Assembly (NCBI GenBank): GCA_002269645.1
Contig: NIVC01001190.1
Coordinates: 276,428 to 340,427, forward strand
Source of the DNA: Macrostomum lignano
Taxonomy: Eukaryota
Direction: 5' to 3'
Length of the DNA stretch: 64,000 nt
The notes beneath the pieces were generated by a model, which saw only the letters and a list, made by a program, of their open reading frames with translations, had not been told where the DNA came from and did not search any database. Position numbers and translations under genes: made by a program. Shown here in pieces: positions 1 through 16,305 of the stretch (the first letter of the stretch is position 1; the number at the start of each line of letters is the position of its first letter).

Positions 1-557
1 TTGAGAGTTTAACTGCTGGCTCGAGTAGGGACTGGTGGGTGACTGTCCGCCCCCTAACAATGCCTCTCGTCTCTGCAGCTTCTCAGGCTACATCTGCTAC
101 TCGCAGCGGGGGGGGGCAGCTCTGCTCTCTGCCTTTCTCGAGTCGGGGCCCCGCAAGATTTGTTTTTTCAAGCGGAATCTCAACCCTCTCGCCAGCACCA
201 GCCGAGCTCCTCTACCCACTGCCGCCCGCCAATCGCTACTTTGCTTTGAAACTTTTTTGCGACTGCTCAAAAAATGAAACAGAACAGAACGCAAAACCCC
301 AAAATGCAGCAGCAGCCCAAATGTCGCCTCTAAACAGTAGCCGACTATTATAGTTGCAATAAAACTGCCTGTCTTCGAGGGGCCAGTCAGATGCGCAGCG
401 GTGAGAAAGACAGAAAAAAGGGGCGAGTCAGAGAAGATTGACAGACCTATATTGCATTCCAAACTAAGGTGAGCTGCCTACAGGCGATTAAGCAGACAGA
501 AGGCAGTGAAATCAATTGCGACAAACCTCTGCTGTTGAGACTGATGGCACGCTAGAC

Positions 558-1769
558 ATGGCCTCAGTTAGCAGCGGCCATGACGGCGGCAATGGCAGTG
601 CCGAAATCAAGTACTACCTGAAGTTCGCCATCAACATACCCTACAGCGACGTGAAGCGCATGCTGGAAACTGACACTCGCCTGCTGTACTCGCTCAAAGA
701 CTGCTCCAGAGCAGGCAGAGTGAACTGGAAGCTGAAGCTCTACCAGCACCAGGGCACCGATCAAAGCTACCTGGCGCTCTACCTGAAATTCGAGCCTCAG
801 GTGTGCACAGACGGCGTCAGCTGCACCACGGAATTCTCCGTGCGTCTGACAGGTCCCGACAATCGCAGCGTGGAGCGCCAGAGCTCGAGCCCGCGGCAGT
901 TCAGCAAGGCGGACGACAGCTGGGGCTGGTCGCAGTTCGCTGCCACCGATGAGCTCGGCAGCTTCGTCAGCGCGCCAGACGGATCGGAAGTGCTGCGACT
1001 TAGCGGCGTCATCAAGATCTACGAGTCCTCAAAGCTGCTCTACCCGAGAAGGAGGCACAATTTCACTCGGGCGCAGAACGGCGCGGACTTTCGCATCCAG
1101 GTCGGGCAGGTCACCTTCCATGTGCACCGAACTGTTCTGGTGCTCAACTCGGACTATTTTGCCGCCCTGTTCTCGCGTCAGGACTCCGAAGTGGCGCGCA
1201 GCGGCCTGATGACTCTGCTAGACGAGAAGGTTCAGGACGTCCACCTGATGCTGCAGTTCATGTACCCCGGCTACAGTCGCGTCCTGGAGGAGTCCACTCT
1301 GCTGTCGCTGAGCTCCCTGGCATCGAAGTTTCAGTTGCACAGCCTGACCTGGTCCTGTCTGCAGTTCGTCGATACCCAGCTCAGTAGCGAATCAGTCGAG
1401 CCTGAGAAGGCCATGAAGTACTATTTTATCTGCATCCGCTGGCTGCGGTGCCCTGACCTCGCCGAGCAGTGCGTCCGCTCCGTGTCTGGACAGCCGTGGG
1501 CGCGCGTCAAGGCGGCACCGCATTTTCGCCAACTGGACGAGCCGGAGCGGGCCGCCTTTCTCGAGGCCTTTCTCGACTTCAAAGAGGACCGCCGCCGGGC
1601 GCCCTCCGCTGCTGCTCCTGCGGAGGCTGGGGGTGAAAACGGCGATTTCGATGGAGCCAGCGCGGAAACTGAAAGCGATGGAAAGACCGGTCAGGTGAAA
1701 ATGAATGGAGTGCACGCGGATCACTCTGAGGACGAAGTGTTCCGGGATTCGGCTGATGAACGTAGCTGA
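558..1769 (+). CDS. Intronless MATH-BTB (SPOP-like, Cul3 adaptor-type) protein, ~403 aa
   Basis: MATH-like segment (NWKLKLY...YLALYL...WGWSQF), then BTB motif ADFRIQVGQVTFHVHRTVLVLNSDYFAALF and a helical BACK-like region. First in-frame ATG is at 558; TGA at 1767-1769. Confidence 0.9.
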   Translation: MASVSSGHDGGNGSAEIKYYLKFAINIPYSDVKRMLETDTRLLYSLKDCSRAGRVNWKLKLYQHQGTDQSYLALYLKFEPQVCTDGVSCTTEFSVRLTGPDNRSVERQSSSPRQFSKADDSWGWSQFAATDELGSFVSAPDGSEVLRLSGVIKIYESSKLLYPRRRHNFTRAQNGADFRIQVGQVTFHVHRTVLVLNSDYFAALFSRQDSEVARSGLMTLLDEKVQDVHLMLQFMYPGYSRVLEESTLLSLSSLASKFQLHSLTWSCLQFVDTQLSSESVEPEKAMKYYFICIRWLRCPDLAEQCVRSVSGQPWARVKAAPHFRQLDEPERAAFLEAFLDFKEDRRRAPSAAAPAEAGGENGDFDGASAETESDGKTGQVKMNGVHADHSEDEVFRDSADERS

Positions 1770-1900
1770 CTTGGTGGTGTAAATACGATTATTGTACTGA
1801 TTTTGCGATCTTTCATCCCTACATAAAACTAGATTTATGCAGCCTTTTAACCTAATTTTTTCTTGTACATTTATCTGTATACTTTTATTTGGCATTGCCA

Positions 1901-3316
1901 GCTGTATTACTGTGTCCGATACCTGCTGTATTACATGTACTGTGTCCAATGCCTGCTGTATTACTGTGTCCAATGGCTGATGTATTACTGTGTCCGATGC
2001 CTGCTGTATTACTTTGTCCGATGTCTGCTGTATTACTGTGTCCGATGTCTGCTGTATTACTGTGTCCGATGTCTGCTGTATTACTGTGTCCGATGTCTGC
2101 TGTATTACTGTGTCCGATTCCTGCTGTATTACTGTGTCCGATGTCTGCTGTATTACTGTGTCCGATGCCTGCTGTATTACTGTGTCCAATGGCTGATGTA
2201 TTACTGTGTCCGATGCCTGCTGTATTACTTTGTCCGATGTCTGCTGTATTACTGTGTCCGATGTCTGCTGTATTACTGTGTCCGATGTCTGCTGTATTAC
2301 TGTGTCCAATGCCTGCTGTATTACTGTGTCCGACTGCTGTATTACTGTGTCCGATGTCTGCTGTATTACTGTGTCCGATGTCTGCTGTATTACTGTGTCC
2401 GATGTCTGCTGTATTACTGTGTCCGATGTCTGCTGTATTACTGTGTCCGATGTCTGCTGTATTACTGTGTCCGATGTCTGCTGTATTACTGTGTCCGATT
2501 CCTGATGTGTTGGTGTGTCAAATGTCTGCTGTATTACTTTGTCCGATGTTTGCTGTATTACTTTGTCCGATGTCTGCTGTATTACTTTGTCCGATGTCTG
2601 CTGTATTACTTTGTCCGATGTCTGCTGTATTACTGTGTCCGATTCCTGATGTGTTGCTGTGTCAAATGTCTGCTGTATTACTTTGTCCGATGTCTGCTGT
2701 ATTACTGTGTCCGATTCCTGATGTGTTGCTGTGTCCAATGTCTGCTGTATTACTGTGTCCGACTGCTGTATTACTGTGTCCGATGTCTGCTGTATTACTG
2801 TGTTCGATGTCTGCTGTATTACTGTGTCCGATGTCTGCTGTATTACTGTGTCCGATGTCTGCTGTATTACTTTGTCCAATGTCTGCTGTATTACTGTGTC
2901 CGATGTTTGCTGTATTACTTTGTCCGATGTCTGCTGTATTACTGTGTCCGATGTCTGTTGTATTACTGTGTCCGATGTCTGTTGTATTACTGTGTCCGAT
3001 GTTTGCTGTATTACTTTGTCCGATGTCTGCTGTATTACTGTGTCCGATGTCTGCTGTATTACTTTGTCCGATGTCTGCTGTATTACTGTGTCCAATGTCT
3101 GCTGTATTACTGTGTCCGATGTTTGCTGTATTACTGTGTCCGATGTCTGTTGTATTACTGTGTCCGATGTTTGCTGTATTACTTTGTCCAATGTCTGCTG
3201 TATTACTGTGTCCGATGTTTGCTGTATTACTGTGTCCGATGTCTGCTGTATTACTGTGTCCGATTCCTGATGTATTGCTGTGTCAAATGTCTGCTGTATT
3301 ACTGTGTTACTGTGTC
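1901..3316. repeat. 24-bp minisatellite (TATTACTGTGTCCGATGTCTGCTG)n
   Basis: Directly visible, about 58 units. It explains the spurious repetitive ORFs (YYCVRCLL, VIQQTSDT). Confidence 0.97.
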
Positions 3317-3785
3317 GGCTGCAACCCCAATGGCCTCTGTAATATATGACCCAGCCAATCTTACCATTCAGACTAGAGGCCAGTTCGTATCATTCAAGCC
3401 GTTTAAAACTAATCACAGTGACTGCATTTTAGATAATATAATACTACGAGTAAAAGTAATTTCGTTTTAAGTTGAGCTTGATACAAGATATTGGAAACTG
3501 TTAGAGCGCTATGTACACTCTCCTTCTCTAACAGTATTATTTTACTATTTTAAATTTTTAATTGAATTCATCAATTTTATTATACATATAAAAATAACGA
3601 ATACATATTCTGCTGGGCTACTTCCTGACTAATAGTCAGCATGGACTGTTGTTTGTGTGCAGCCTAATCCATCCTTTATAGAGAAGAGTCGTGATTGGCT
3701 ACCGGCAACTTTGACCGCCACGTCCCCATCAGACAGATATTAAAACTCTTTATCGACTTGAAAAGCTTCCAAATTTTCTATACAG

Positions 3786-7650
<3,865 letters not shown>

Positions 7651-8544
7651 CCAAGGCTATTTATGCCAGGCTTCAAGGCTCACAGCGGTAACTAATTGAA
7701 GCGGCAACAGTTGCTATACAGCAAATTTATGTTTAATATTTTCTCTACCCCGCCTCTCATTGTATAAAATTTCTCTTTCTAAGTAGTCTGCCCCCAGCTG
7801 CTCAAGTTAAAGTGGCAAGGATTAGTTTGAAAAAATGGCAAAGTTTGTTTACACATATATTGCGTTCTCAAGCACGACAGCGGATAATTAATCTCGTCTG
7901 GAAGTTTCTTTTCTATGGTTGTTTGTTGCTAGAAAAGAGCTTTTAGTATCATCTTTATAGTTAGCTAAATTCATGGAAAACTAGCTGCATGCAACTTTGC
8001 CATTAGTAATTTTCCATTGTGCATAGACTGTGCACCGAAATACACCTTTGCGTTCTTTCAAGACGAGAAAAATGCTTGAGTAGCAATCTGCACACAAATT
8101 GTATTGTTGTTTCTGACATGGTTGCAAGAGCTGAATCAGCTCAAGTTTCTGGAGAGTTCGCCTCCACAGAAAAGTCAATCAAGTTATCCAACTGATAGTA
8201 TAGTGTGTGTCAGTTTTGAAGTATGTTACTAACTAACCAAGTCACTCTGCGTCCAAAGAAAGAGCTCAAAAAGTTTCCGTGCAGGACCAGCATGACTTGA
8301 TAAATTATTTAAGTGACACCTCCTACGAAGCACCTGTCTTGCTCTTGAATAATTAATTTGATTTTGAGGGACAGAGAACTGTAGCGTGTGGAATCATGTA
8401 GTTAGACGCACCTGTCTCGGCTTCCCGCCTACGCTCACACGCAAAAACGCGAGTCTTTTTTGTGCGGTATTCCTGAGCCAGTTGGATTTTTTGCAACGTC
8501 TTGACTTAGGTAATGTCAAACGCCTTCGTCCGAATGATTGACTT

Positions 8545-9610
8545 TTCCGAATGATTGTCATGGATATGTCTATGACCAAGATTGTTTATCATGGATGTGT
8601 CTATGACCAAGATGAGCGCCATGGATTTGCTATGATCAAGAGTGATTGTCATGTATGTGTCTTTGACTGTCATGTATGTGTCTTTGGCCAAGATGATTGC
8701 CATTGGTTGCGTATTTGGCCAAGATGATTGACATGGTCGTGTATTTGGCCAAGATGATTGCCATTGGTTGCGTATTTGGCCAAGATGATTGCCATTGGTT
8801 GCGTATTTGGCCAAGATGATTGACATGGTCGTGTATTTGGCCAAGATGATTGACATGGTCGTGTATTTGGCCAAGATGATTGCCATTGGTTGCGTATTTG
8901 GCCAAGATGATTGACATGGTCGCGTATTTGGCCAAGATGATTGCCATTGGTTGCGTATTTGGCCAAGATGATTGACATGGTCGTGTATTTGGCCAAGATG
9001 ATTGCCATTGGTTGCGTATTTGGCCAAGATGATTGACATGGTCGTGTATTTGGCCAAGATGATTGACATGGTCGTGTATTTGGCCAAGATGATTGCCATT
9101 GGTTGCGTATTTGGCCAAGATGATTGCCATTGGTTGCGTATTTGGCCAAGATGATTGACATGGTCGTGTATTTGGCCAAGATGATTGACATGGTCGTGTA
9201 TTTGGCCAAGATGATTGCCATTGGTTGCGTATTTGGCCAAGATGATTGCCATTGGTTGCGTATTTGGCCAAGATGATTGACATGGTCGTGTATTTGGCCA
9301 AGATGATTGACATGGTCGTGTATTTGGCCAAGATGATTGCCATTGGTTGCGTATTTGGCCAAGATGATTGACATGGTTGTGTATTTGGCCAAGATGATTG
9401 CCATGGTTGTGTATTTGGCCAAGATGATTGCCATGGTTGTGTATTTGGCCAAGATGATTTCCATGGATGTTTCTATGGCCTAGATGATTGAAATGATTTT
9501 GTCTATGGCCAAGATGATTGTCAGGGATATGTATTTGGCCGAGATGATTGTCATAGATGTATGACCAAGATGAATGTCATGGATGAGTCTATGACCAAGA
9601 TGATTTCTGT
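8545..9610. repeat. Minisatellite with interleaved 30-bp and 31-bp units (TTTGGCCAAGATGATTGACATGGTCGTGTA / TTTGGCCAAGATGATTGCCATTGGTTGCGTA)
   Basis: Homogeneous core at ~8680-9460, with degenerate copies on both flanks. Confidence 0.95.
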
Positions 9611-10883
9611 GGAGAGAACGCGAGATTTTTACCCAATAAAAAACTTTTTTATTCAGCGAGTAGACCCGCTACTGTTTGGGAAAACCTTCAAGCCTAAATT
9701 TCAACGAAAGCGTTTTAAAGGCCCAGAAAATGTGGCTCACTTATGCTACGACAAGTAAACAAACAGTTTTCACTGTTCAATTTAGCACGCGATTTTTTCG
9801 GAGCCTGAGCCGCAACACAGGAAGCTCAAATCAATGGAATTGGTCAGCTGATGCAGCCGCTCAAACAAGGAAGTGGAAAAATAATTAACGAGCCACTCAG
9901 GACGCGAGGTCAAACGAACCGACAGAAGAAAGTGAGGGTCTCCTTTGATGCCCCTTAGCACCGAGTTCTTCTCTGGCGCTTAAAACCTCTCTTTGAGGCT
10001 GCTCCGGACACAGCGGGGCGGAAGAGCCGAAGTAGAAGCAGCGGTTGCAGCAGGTCTGAAGCAATTTTATAGGTTCTGAGTCTTGAAAAGATTTCAAGAA
10101 CGAAAGAAACTTATAGAGAAGCACAGATGATTGTATTGAAAAAGCGCTCTGATCTATATATTCAGTATTTGGAGAAATTTATTTTTCATTAGCAACTAGC
10201 GATCACTTCTGATCGCTAAACAGCTGATTGCTAAACATACAAGCGCACCAATACTGTAGGCAGTCACGCACTCATACAAACGCTCACACGGGATGTAAAG
10301 CTGCCTTGAATTTCTATAATTGTTAGTCTCAATAGCTTGCACCCGAATCGTGAGACGAAACTCGAAAATCATGCATCTTAGACGACTATTTGCTTCTCAC
10401 ATAGAGAAACCGAAATTGAAGGCCAGCGAAGTCAGTCGGAGGAACTGGAAAAATCGAAGATCATTTTCTAATCTCCGCAGTCTCCAGGGTGCAGTCGGGC
10501 CGGGTGGCTTCAGAAGCAGTAACTTTCTAAGAATGAAAGCTCATCAACTTTGCTGGGCCAATTTTTCGAGTCAGGCAGCAGTGCAGGGACTTCATAGAAG
10601 TGCAAGCTCGAGTACCGGGGACTTTAGCGAAGAACAACTGAAAAAGAAATCAATTTACTGGGATTTTGGTTTAGCACCGTTGTTTGTGAGTTGATTGCTT
10701 TATTATTTGATTTTTCTTTACAAGAAAGAACGCTAGTGCAAAAATATTGAGTGCTGCTCTAAGAAAATGGAGAAAAAGATACATTAATTTGATGAAGATT
10801 ACTTAAATTCTCGGCGAAAGTAACTCGTCAATGAACCTGAGGTGTTTCCAGTTGGTCACATCAAGTCTGATCAAGCGAGACGC

Positions 10884-11160
10884 TGAGGTGTTTGATGTGT
10901 GACTAACTTGAAGACACTGGAGGGTTTGATGTGTGACTAACTGGAAGACACTGGGTGTTTGATGTGTGACTAACTGGAAGACACTGGGTGTTTGATGTGT
11001 GACTAACTGGAAGACACTGGGTGTTTGATGTGTGACTAACTGGAAGACACTGGGGTGTTTGATGTGTGACTAACTGGAAGACACTGGGTGTTTGATGTGT
11101 GACTAACTTGAAGACACTGGAGGGTTTGATTTGTGACTAACTTGAAGGCACTGAAGTGTT
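10884..11160. repeat. ~33-bp minisatellite (GGGTGTTTGATGTGTGACTAACTGGAAGACACT)n
   Basis: About 8 units; CTGGG at 10951 and 10984 gives the period. Confidence 0.93.
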
Positions 11161-11464
11161 ACATAAACTCGAAATTTCGCATTTAATTCCAAACTATCTA
11201 CTAAATAGTAGGTGATTTTGTAGGCACCTTTACAGACAGCTGTGGCACACTTTTTGCCTCCGACTTTGAATAAACTCCCTGATTATTCAAACAAGCGGAG
11301 CATCAATGCAGACTCTGATGCAGAGGTGCGGCTGTTTAGCCTAATTGGATTTCTGCATTGGATTGGCTTGCAGAAATTTATTCCATAGGCTTACATAGCT
11401 AGGCTCTTTTTGCGGAAGCGATCGATTTGGAAAATACAGAAATTGTTTTTTTTTCAACCTAATG

Positions 11465-12070
11465 TCCCTTTCTCATCGCTTGCTAGCGCTCCTTTCTCAT
11501 CGCTTACTGACGCCCCTTTCTCATCGCTTACTGACGCCCATTTCTCATCGCTTGCTGGCATCGCTTCCTGGCGCTCCTTTCTCATCTCTTACTGACGCCC
11601 ATTCTAATCGCTTACTGACGCCCCTTTCTCATCGCTTGCTGGCGCTCCTTTCTCATCGCTTACTGACGCCCCTTTCTCATCGCTTACTGATGCCCCTTTC
11701 TAATCTCTTACTGACGCCCCTTTCTCATCGCTTACTGACGCCCCTTTCTCATCGCTTACTGACGCCCCTTTCTCAACGCTTGCTGGCGCTTCTTTCTCAT
11801 CTCTTACTGACGCCCTTTCTAATCGCTTACTGACGCCCCTTTCTCATCGCTTGCTGGCGCTCCTTTCTCATCGCTTACTGACGCCCCTTTCTAATCGCTT
11901 ACTGACGCCCCTTTCTAATCGCTTACTGACGCCCCTTTCTAATCGCTTACTGACGCCCCTTTCTCATCGCTTGCTGGCGCCCCTTTCTCATCGCTTACTG
12001 ACGGCCAGTTCTCATCGCTTATTGGTGCTTATTTCTAAGTTTCTTGGTGCCCCTTTTTCATCGCTTACTG
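11465..12070. repeat. 24-bp minisatellite (CCCCTTTCTCATCGCTTACTGACG)n
   Basis: About 25 units visible. Confidence 0.95.
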
Positions 12071-12148
12071 GCGCCTACGCTCGTATGTCAAATATAAACT
12101 GAAATTTATACACGAGCATGCAATTCCCTCTTCTTTATGTTTTCACAG

Positions 12149-12275
12149 TTGCTGATAAAATAATTCAAAAGCATGCATCTGCTATTGCTTCTATCTACAC
12201 TGCTAATCGGAACTCAATGCAGCAATTCTGTGTGCTGACTGCTTACTTCCAGCGCGTGCTGGATGTTGACCGAAG
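12149..12275 (+). other. Possible isolated coding exon of an unidentified gene
   Basis: TTTTCACAG acceptor, an open frame (ADKIIQKHASAIASIYTANRNSMQQFCVLTAYFQRVLDVDR) and an AAG|GTAAC donor. No phase-compatible partner exons identified. Confidence 0.3.
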
Positions 12276-12513
12276 GTAACATTTTTATTAAAATCCTGTC
12301 CCTTGCAGAGAGATCTGACAAAATAAATAAATTAATTCACAGTCACAGCTACGTAAATACAGACGAGCTACGGCGCGCGCTGGGGACAGTGGAGTGACTG
12401 TCCTGAGGGTCATTTTGGCAACGGTTAAGTCACACAGTTCTTTAATACCATCGCACAAATCACATGTCTTCAACGTTTTAATAAATTTTCACACCACTCT
12501 TATACTGATATAC

Positions 12514-12880
12514 ATCCTACATCAGCGGTCGGCAGACTTTTATTCCAAGCGCTAGATAGAGAATCTAGCTCATGACTGCGGGTCAGAGGGGGAAAGACAG
12601 GAGAGAGGAAAGAGAGAAGATAGAAGGAGGAGAGAGAGACGAGAGTAGATGGGAGAAAGGAGAGTAGAGGAAATAAAGTAGAAGAGAGGACACGAGAGAA
12701 AAGGAGAGGAGGGAGGAGCGAGGAGAGACAATTGGGGAGAGGAGATAAGAGAGGAGAGAGAGAGGAGAGAAGGGAGAGAAGAGAGAAGAGATTGCAGTCT
12801 TGACGTCTCAAAGGACCCCGAGGACCGGATAGAGAGGCTTCGTGGCTCGCGGGCCGGAGTGTGCCGACCCCTGTCCTACA
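12514..12880 (-). mobile_element. LTR-like relic (possible solo LTR)
   Basis: On the minus strand it begins TGTAGGACAGGGGTCGGCA, has a CT-rich tract and AATAAA, and ends with an imperfect inverted copy TGCCGACCGCTG. No convincing TSD. Confidence 0.3.
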
Positions 12881-14222
12881 TACGCTCGGAAACAAGTAAA
12901 TACACTATACATACGCACGTACAGATTTATGTTGATGATTAAATAGAATCCATTTGCTATTTGCTATTTAGCGGTTTAGTTGGAGCATATGGCGAATGGC
13001 TGGTTGGACAGGAAAAGGTCATGTCCTATATGGTACACCGGGCTGCTTGCGATGGATGATCGCCCACCTTCGGTCTGGGGATTTCTTAATAACTATATGG
13101 CGATTACCACAGTTCTCATGATTTGTATGCAATGACTGTGGAGAGAGTAAGTATCTACTGAATGCCACCTACATATGCCACCTACATAACGGAGGGTTCC
13201 CGAATGGTGGAAAACAACTGCGCCCTTGCTGGAATGCCCCGGGAATTCGGCTATTTGCGGCATAAGGACACAAGTGGACGATGGACTCCCCATGGACAAT
13301 GTCGGTATGAATAACATTGAGATTAAATGCTGCCTAATGAGCTTATCAAGCAGCAAGCAAGGATGATATTGTGCCTTCTATTTATTAATGAACTATATTT
13401 ACAATTTGGTCTTGACCAATGAATTATTTAATATGTGAACGGAAAAATACAAGATGAACTTAAGCTTATCATAATAATGTTGATTTTTCATCCTCTTTTT
13501 CAGTATGAACTACTTAATCTCTGGTTTTAAGGCGTCTTTTCCCCTCGATTCTCTTTCAAAAGATATATTTTCGTCTTCTACTGTATACTTGGGTCGCTTT
13601 CATAGGATTGAAATTTCATAACGCCGAAAGACACCTGCCTTCACAAGACCGAAACTTTCGGAGTGAAGCGAACAGAAATGCTTCCTTGGCTGATCTCTGT
13701 AAAGCTGCAGGGACATGCACGACCCTCGCTCCTCATTTTAAGTTTCGTGAAGTTTGCTTCAAGGACGACAAAATGAATGCCCGCAGCGTCAAAATCAGTG
13801 GTAACAACAGCGATTTCCAGAATAAAATAGAATTTTTCGCTTAGAATTCATGGGTTTGTCTCCCCACCATCCATACTAGAAAACTCCGCTGACAAGGTGA
13901 GGGCAGGTAAGGTATATTGTACTTTTATGCCACTATTCAGCCAAAAACGCCCACGGACTAAAGACGTTTGCAGCACAGCTTCTTGGCAGCTGCATCCATG
14001 CTAGCAGGTTCTTTAATTGGCTTCCAGTGATGGCAACTGTCGGCTCCTAATTATTGAGAAGAAAGGGGAACTCTCCTCACTTCCTCAAGCATCCACTAAA
14101 GCAGGCGACAGAATATAGTATTGGACAGCTTGGGTTTGGCAGGTCTCTTTTAAACCGAAAAAAACTGAGGTGGCAAGCTGGACAATAGTCCTGCCTCACT
14201 GCTGCTTGCTTCTAGCTGCAAC

Positions 14223-15325
14223 ATGTCCACTTGTCTCATCACCGTTTTCGCGCTCTTGAGCTGCGGGTCTCCGATTGCGGCTGCCGTCAGCTCAAAATCT
14301 GGTGGGTGCGATTGGAAATTTAATTGCAGAAGACCCAAACTGAACAAAAATAATAGAGTATGAAAAAATCATTATCGTATTTCAGAGTTTTCTACTGAGG
14401 AGGTTTCGCAAACCACGACGGCTCCGATGACGTCACAGCCTGGTCGCAGCGCTGCGGACTGCGCGCTGAAATGCGAGCCCCCAGTTATGCCATACTGCTC
14501 CGCTTTCGCCTTTGTTCCTGAAAAGAAGATCTGCCTGCTCTCGGAACTGCGGAATGCGGAATTCGCGTCCGTGGCTCCCAGCGGCCCTGTCTATCGAAAG
14601 AAGAGCGACAGTGAGTTTTTGGGCCAGGCGAGATATATGAGATGGAATTTAATATTAGCCCGCGTTCATCGTTTTTATTCTTTTAGAAAAGCTAGTCCAA
14701 ATCAGCGGTCAATTATTCCAAGTGATCCAGCACAGATCGAAGGGCGAGCTCAGCTTTGCTCGCGGCTGGACTGAGTATGAGAACGGCTTTGAAGACGACA
14801 CGGACTTCTGGATTGGTGAGGAGCGCATAAAATAGCTCGTAATTCTTTCGGACAGAATGCTTAGAGGGACAAAATATGATATCAAATAAATTTTCAGGTC
14901 TCCGTAAAATGCACGAGCTGACCGGAAGCTCTCCGAAGCTTCTGCGAGTCGAGGCCGTCACCTGGTCAAATGAGCTGTACGTCTGCGAGTACTCCGGCTT
15001 CACGGTGGCCGATGCCAGCACGAACTACACCATGACTTACACTTCGTACCTGAGCGGCAGCTCCAACACGACCAGCAATTCGCTCGCTCATAACAATGGG
15101 ATGCAGTTCTCCACCGTGGACCGAGACAATGATAAATATGGACCCGCCTGTTCCAGCGGCCGTGGAAACTCAGGTTGGTGGTTCCAAAGCTGTTCAAAGT
15201 CCAATCCGAACGGGATCTTTCACGACTCTGCTGTGAGCGGACATGCATACATGTATTGGTCAGGCGCTACCGCTGGAGGCCTAGTTGCCCTAAAGAGCAT
15301 TCGACTGATGATCCATCTGGTCTGA
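14223..15325 (+). CDS. PAN/apple + fibrinogen-C (FReD) secreted lectin-like protein, copy A (286 aa); exons 14223-14301, 14386-14610, 14687-14815, 14898-15325
   Basis: Signal-peptide exon; PAN exon (DCALKC...CSAFAFVPEKKICLL); FReD motifs VIQHRSKGELSFARGWTEYENGF..FWIG, FSTVDRDND, GWWFQSCSKSNPNG. All introns are GT..AG, phase 1; total 861 nt. Confidence 0.92.
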
Positions 15326-15732
15326 TGTCACGGGCATTGGATACACACTCAAGTGCAAAATTACTAAATGGAGTTCTCAGATAAGCTCTGTGATTCATTT
15401 GGGTACAAGAGTTAAGAAATGCACTGAAGATTTTTTCGCGAGGTTAATGTCGTGTTCAGATTTAACTTTTTAAGAAACTTGGAAATCTGTTAATTAACTT
15501 TAAATGAATAATTCAAACATTACTGATTGTCACTGATATCCAGCATAGCTGTGTCTGTTCGATGTTTCAACGAAAAATTGTCCATGAGTACTTAGAGAGA
15601 ATACTTCAACTTTTTATGGTATTTTGTGGCTTATCACTAACTTTTTCTGCTGATTTCTAACTGATGTAGGAGTTGTGTCTCTTCAATTTTCTGACAATTC
15701 ATACTTACATCTACAATAGAATCTACTGTCTC

Positions 15733-16305
15733 TAGGTGGGCACCCCTGCTGTCTCTTGGTGGACACCCCTGCTGTCTCTTGGTGGGCACCCCTGCTGTCT
15801 CTTGGTGGGCACCCCTGCTGTCTCTTGGTGGGCACCCCTGCTGTCTCTTGGTGGGCGCCCCTGCTGTCTCTTGGTGAGCGCCCCTGCTGTCTCTTGGTGG
15901 GCGCCCCTGCTGTCTCTTGGTGAGCGCCCCTGCTGTCTCTTGGTGGGCGCCCCTGCTGTCTCTTGGTGGACATCCCTTCTGTCTCTTGGTGGACACCCCT
16001 ACTGTCTTTTGGTGGACACCCCTACTGTCTCTTGGTGGACACCCCTTCTGTCTCTTGGTGGACACCCCTACTGTCTCTTGGTGGACACCCCTTCTGTCTC
16101 TTGGTGGACACCCCTACTGTCTCTTGGTGGACACCCCTACTGTCTCTTGGTGGACACCCCTACTGTCTCTTGGTGGACACCCCTACTGTCTCTTGGTGGA
16201 CACCCCTACTGTCTCTTGGTGGACATCCCTTCTGTCTCTTGGTGGACACCCCTACTGTCTCTTGGTGGACACCCCTACTATCTCTTGGTGGATAACCCTA
16301 CTGTC
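15733..16305. repeat. 23-bp minisatellite (GGTGGACACCCCTACTGTCTCTT)n with a polar gradient of variants
   Basis: About 25 units, changing from GGGCAC/GGGCGC..CTGC at the left to GGACAC..CTAC at the right. Confidence 0.95.

Noticed and set aside
1863-3470. Long Cys-rich ORFs in several frames (535, 486 and 599 aa)
   Set aside because: They are translations of a stop-free 24-bp minisatellite that is open on both strands. Only the minus-strand overlap with the MATH-BTB gene is non-repetitive.
8506-9464. Three 235-264 aa minus-strand ORFs
   Set aside because: Products of the 30/31-bp minisatellite.
9897-10060. Possible minus-strand terminal exon (TCCNRCFYFGSSAPLCPEQ...)
   Set aside because: It has an acceptor-like TTCAG, but no recognisable domain and no linked upstream exon.
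13606-13800. Possible exon (LKFHNAERHLP...SVKIS) with AG/GT borders
   Set aside because: Its phase does not match the candidate exon at 12149-12275 and no homology was recognised.
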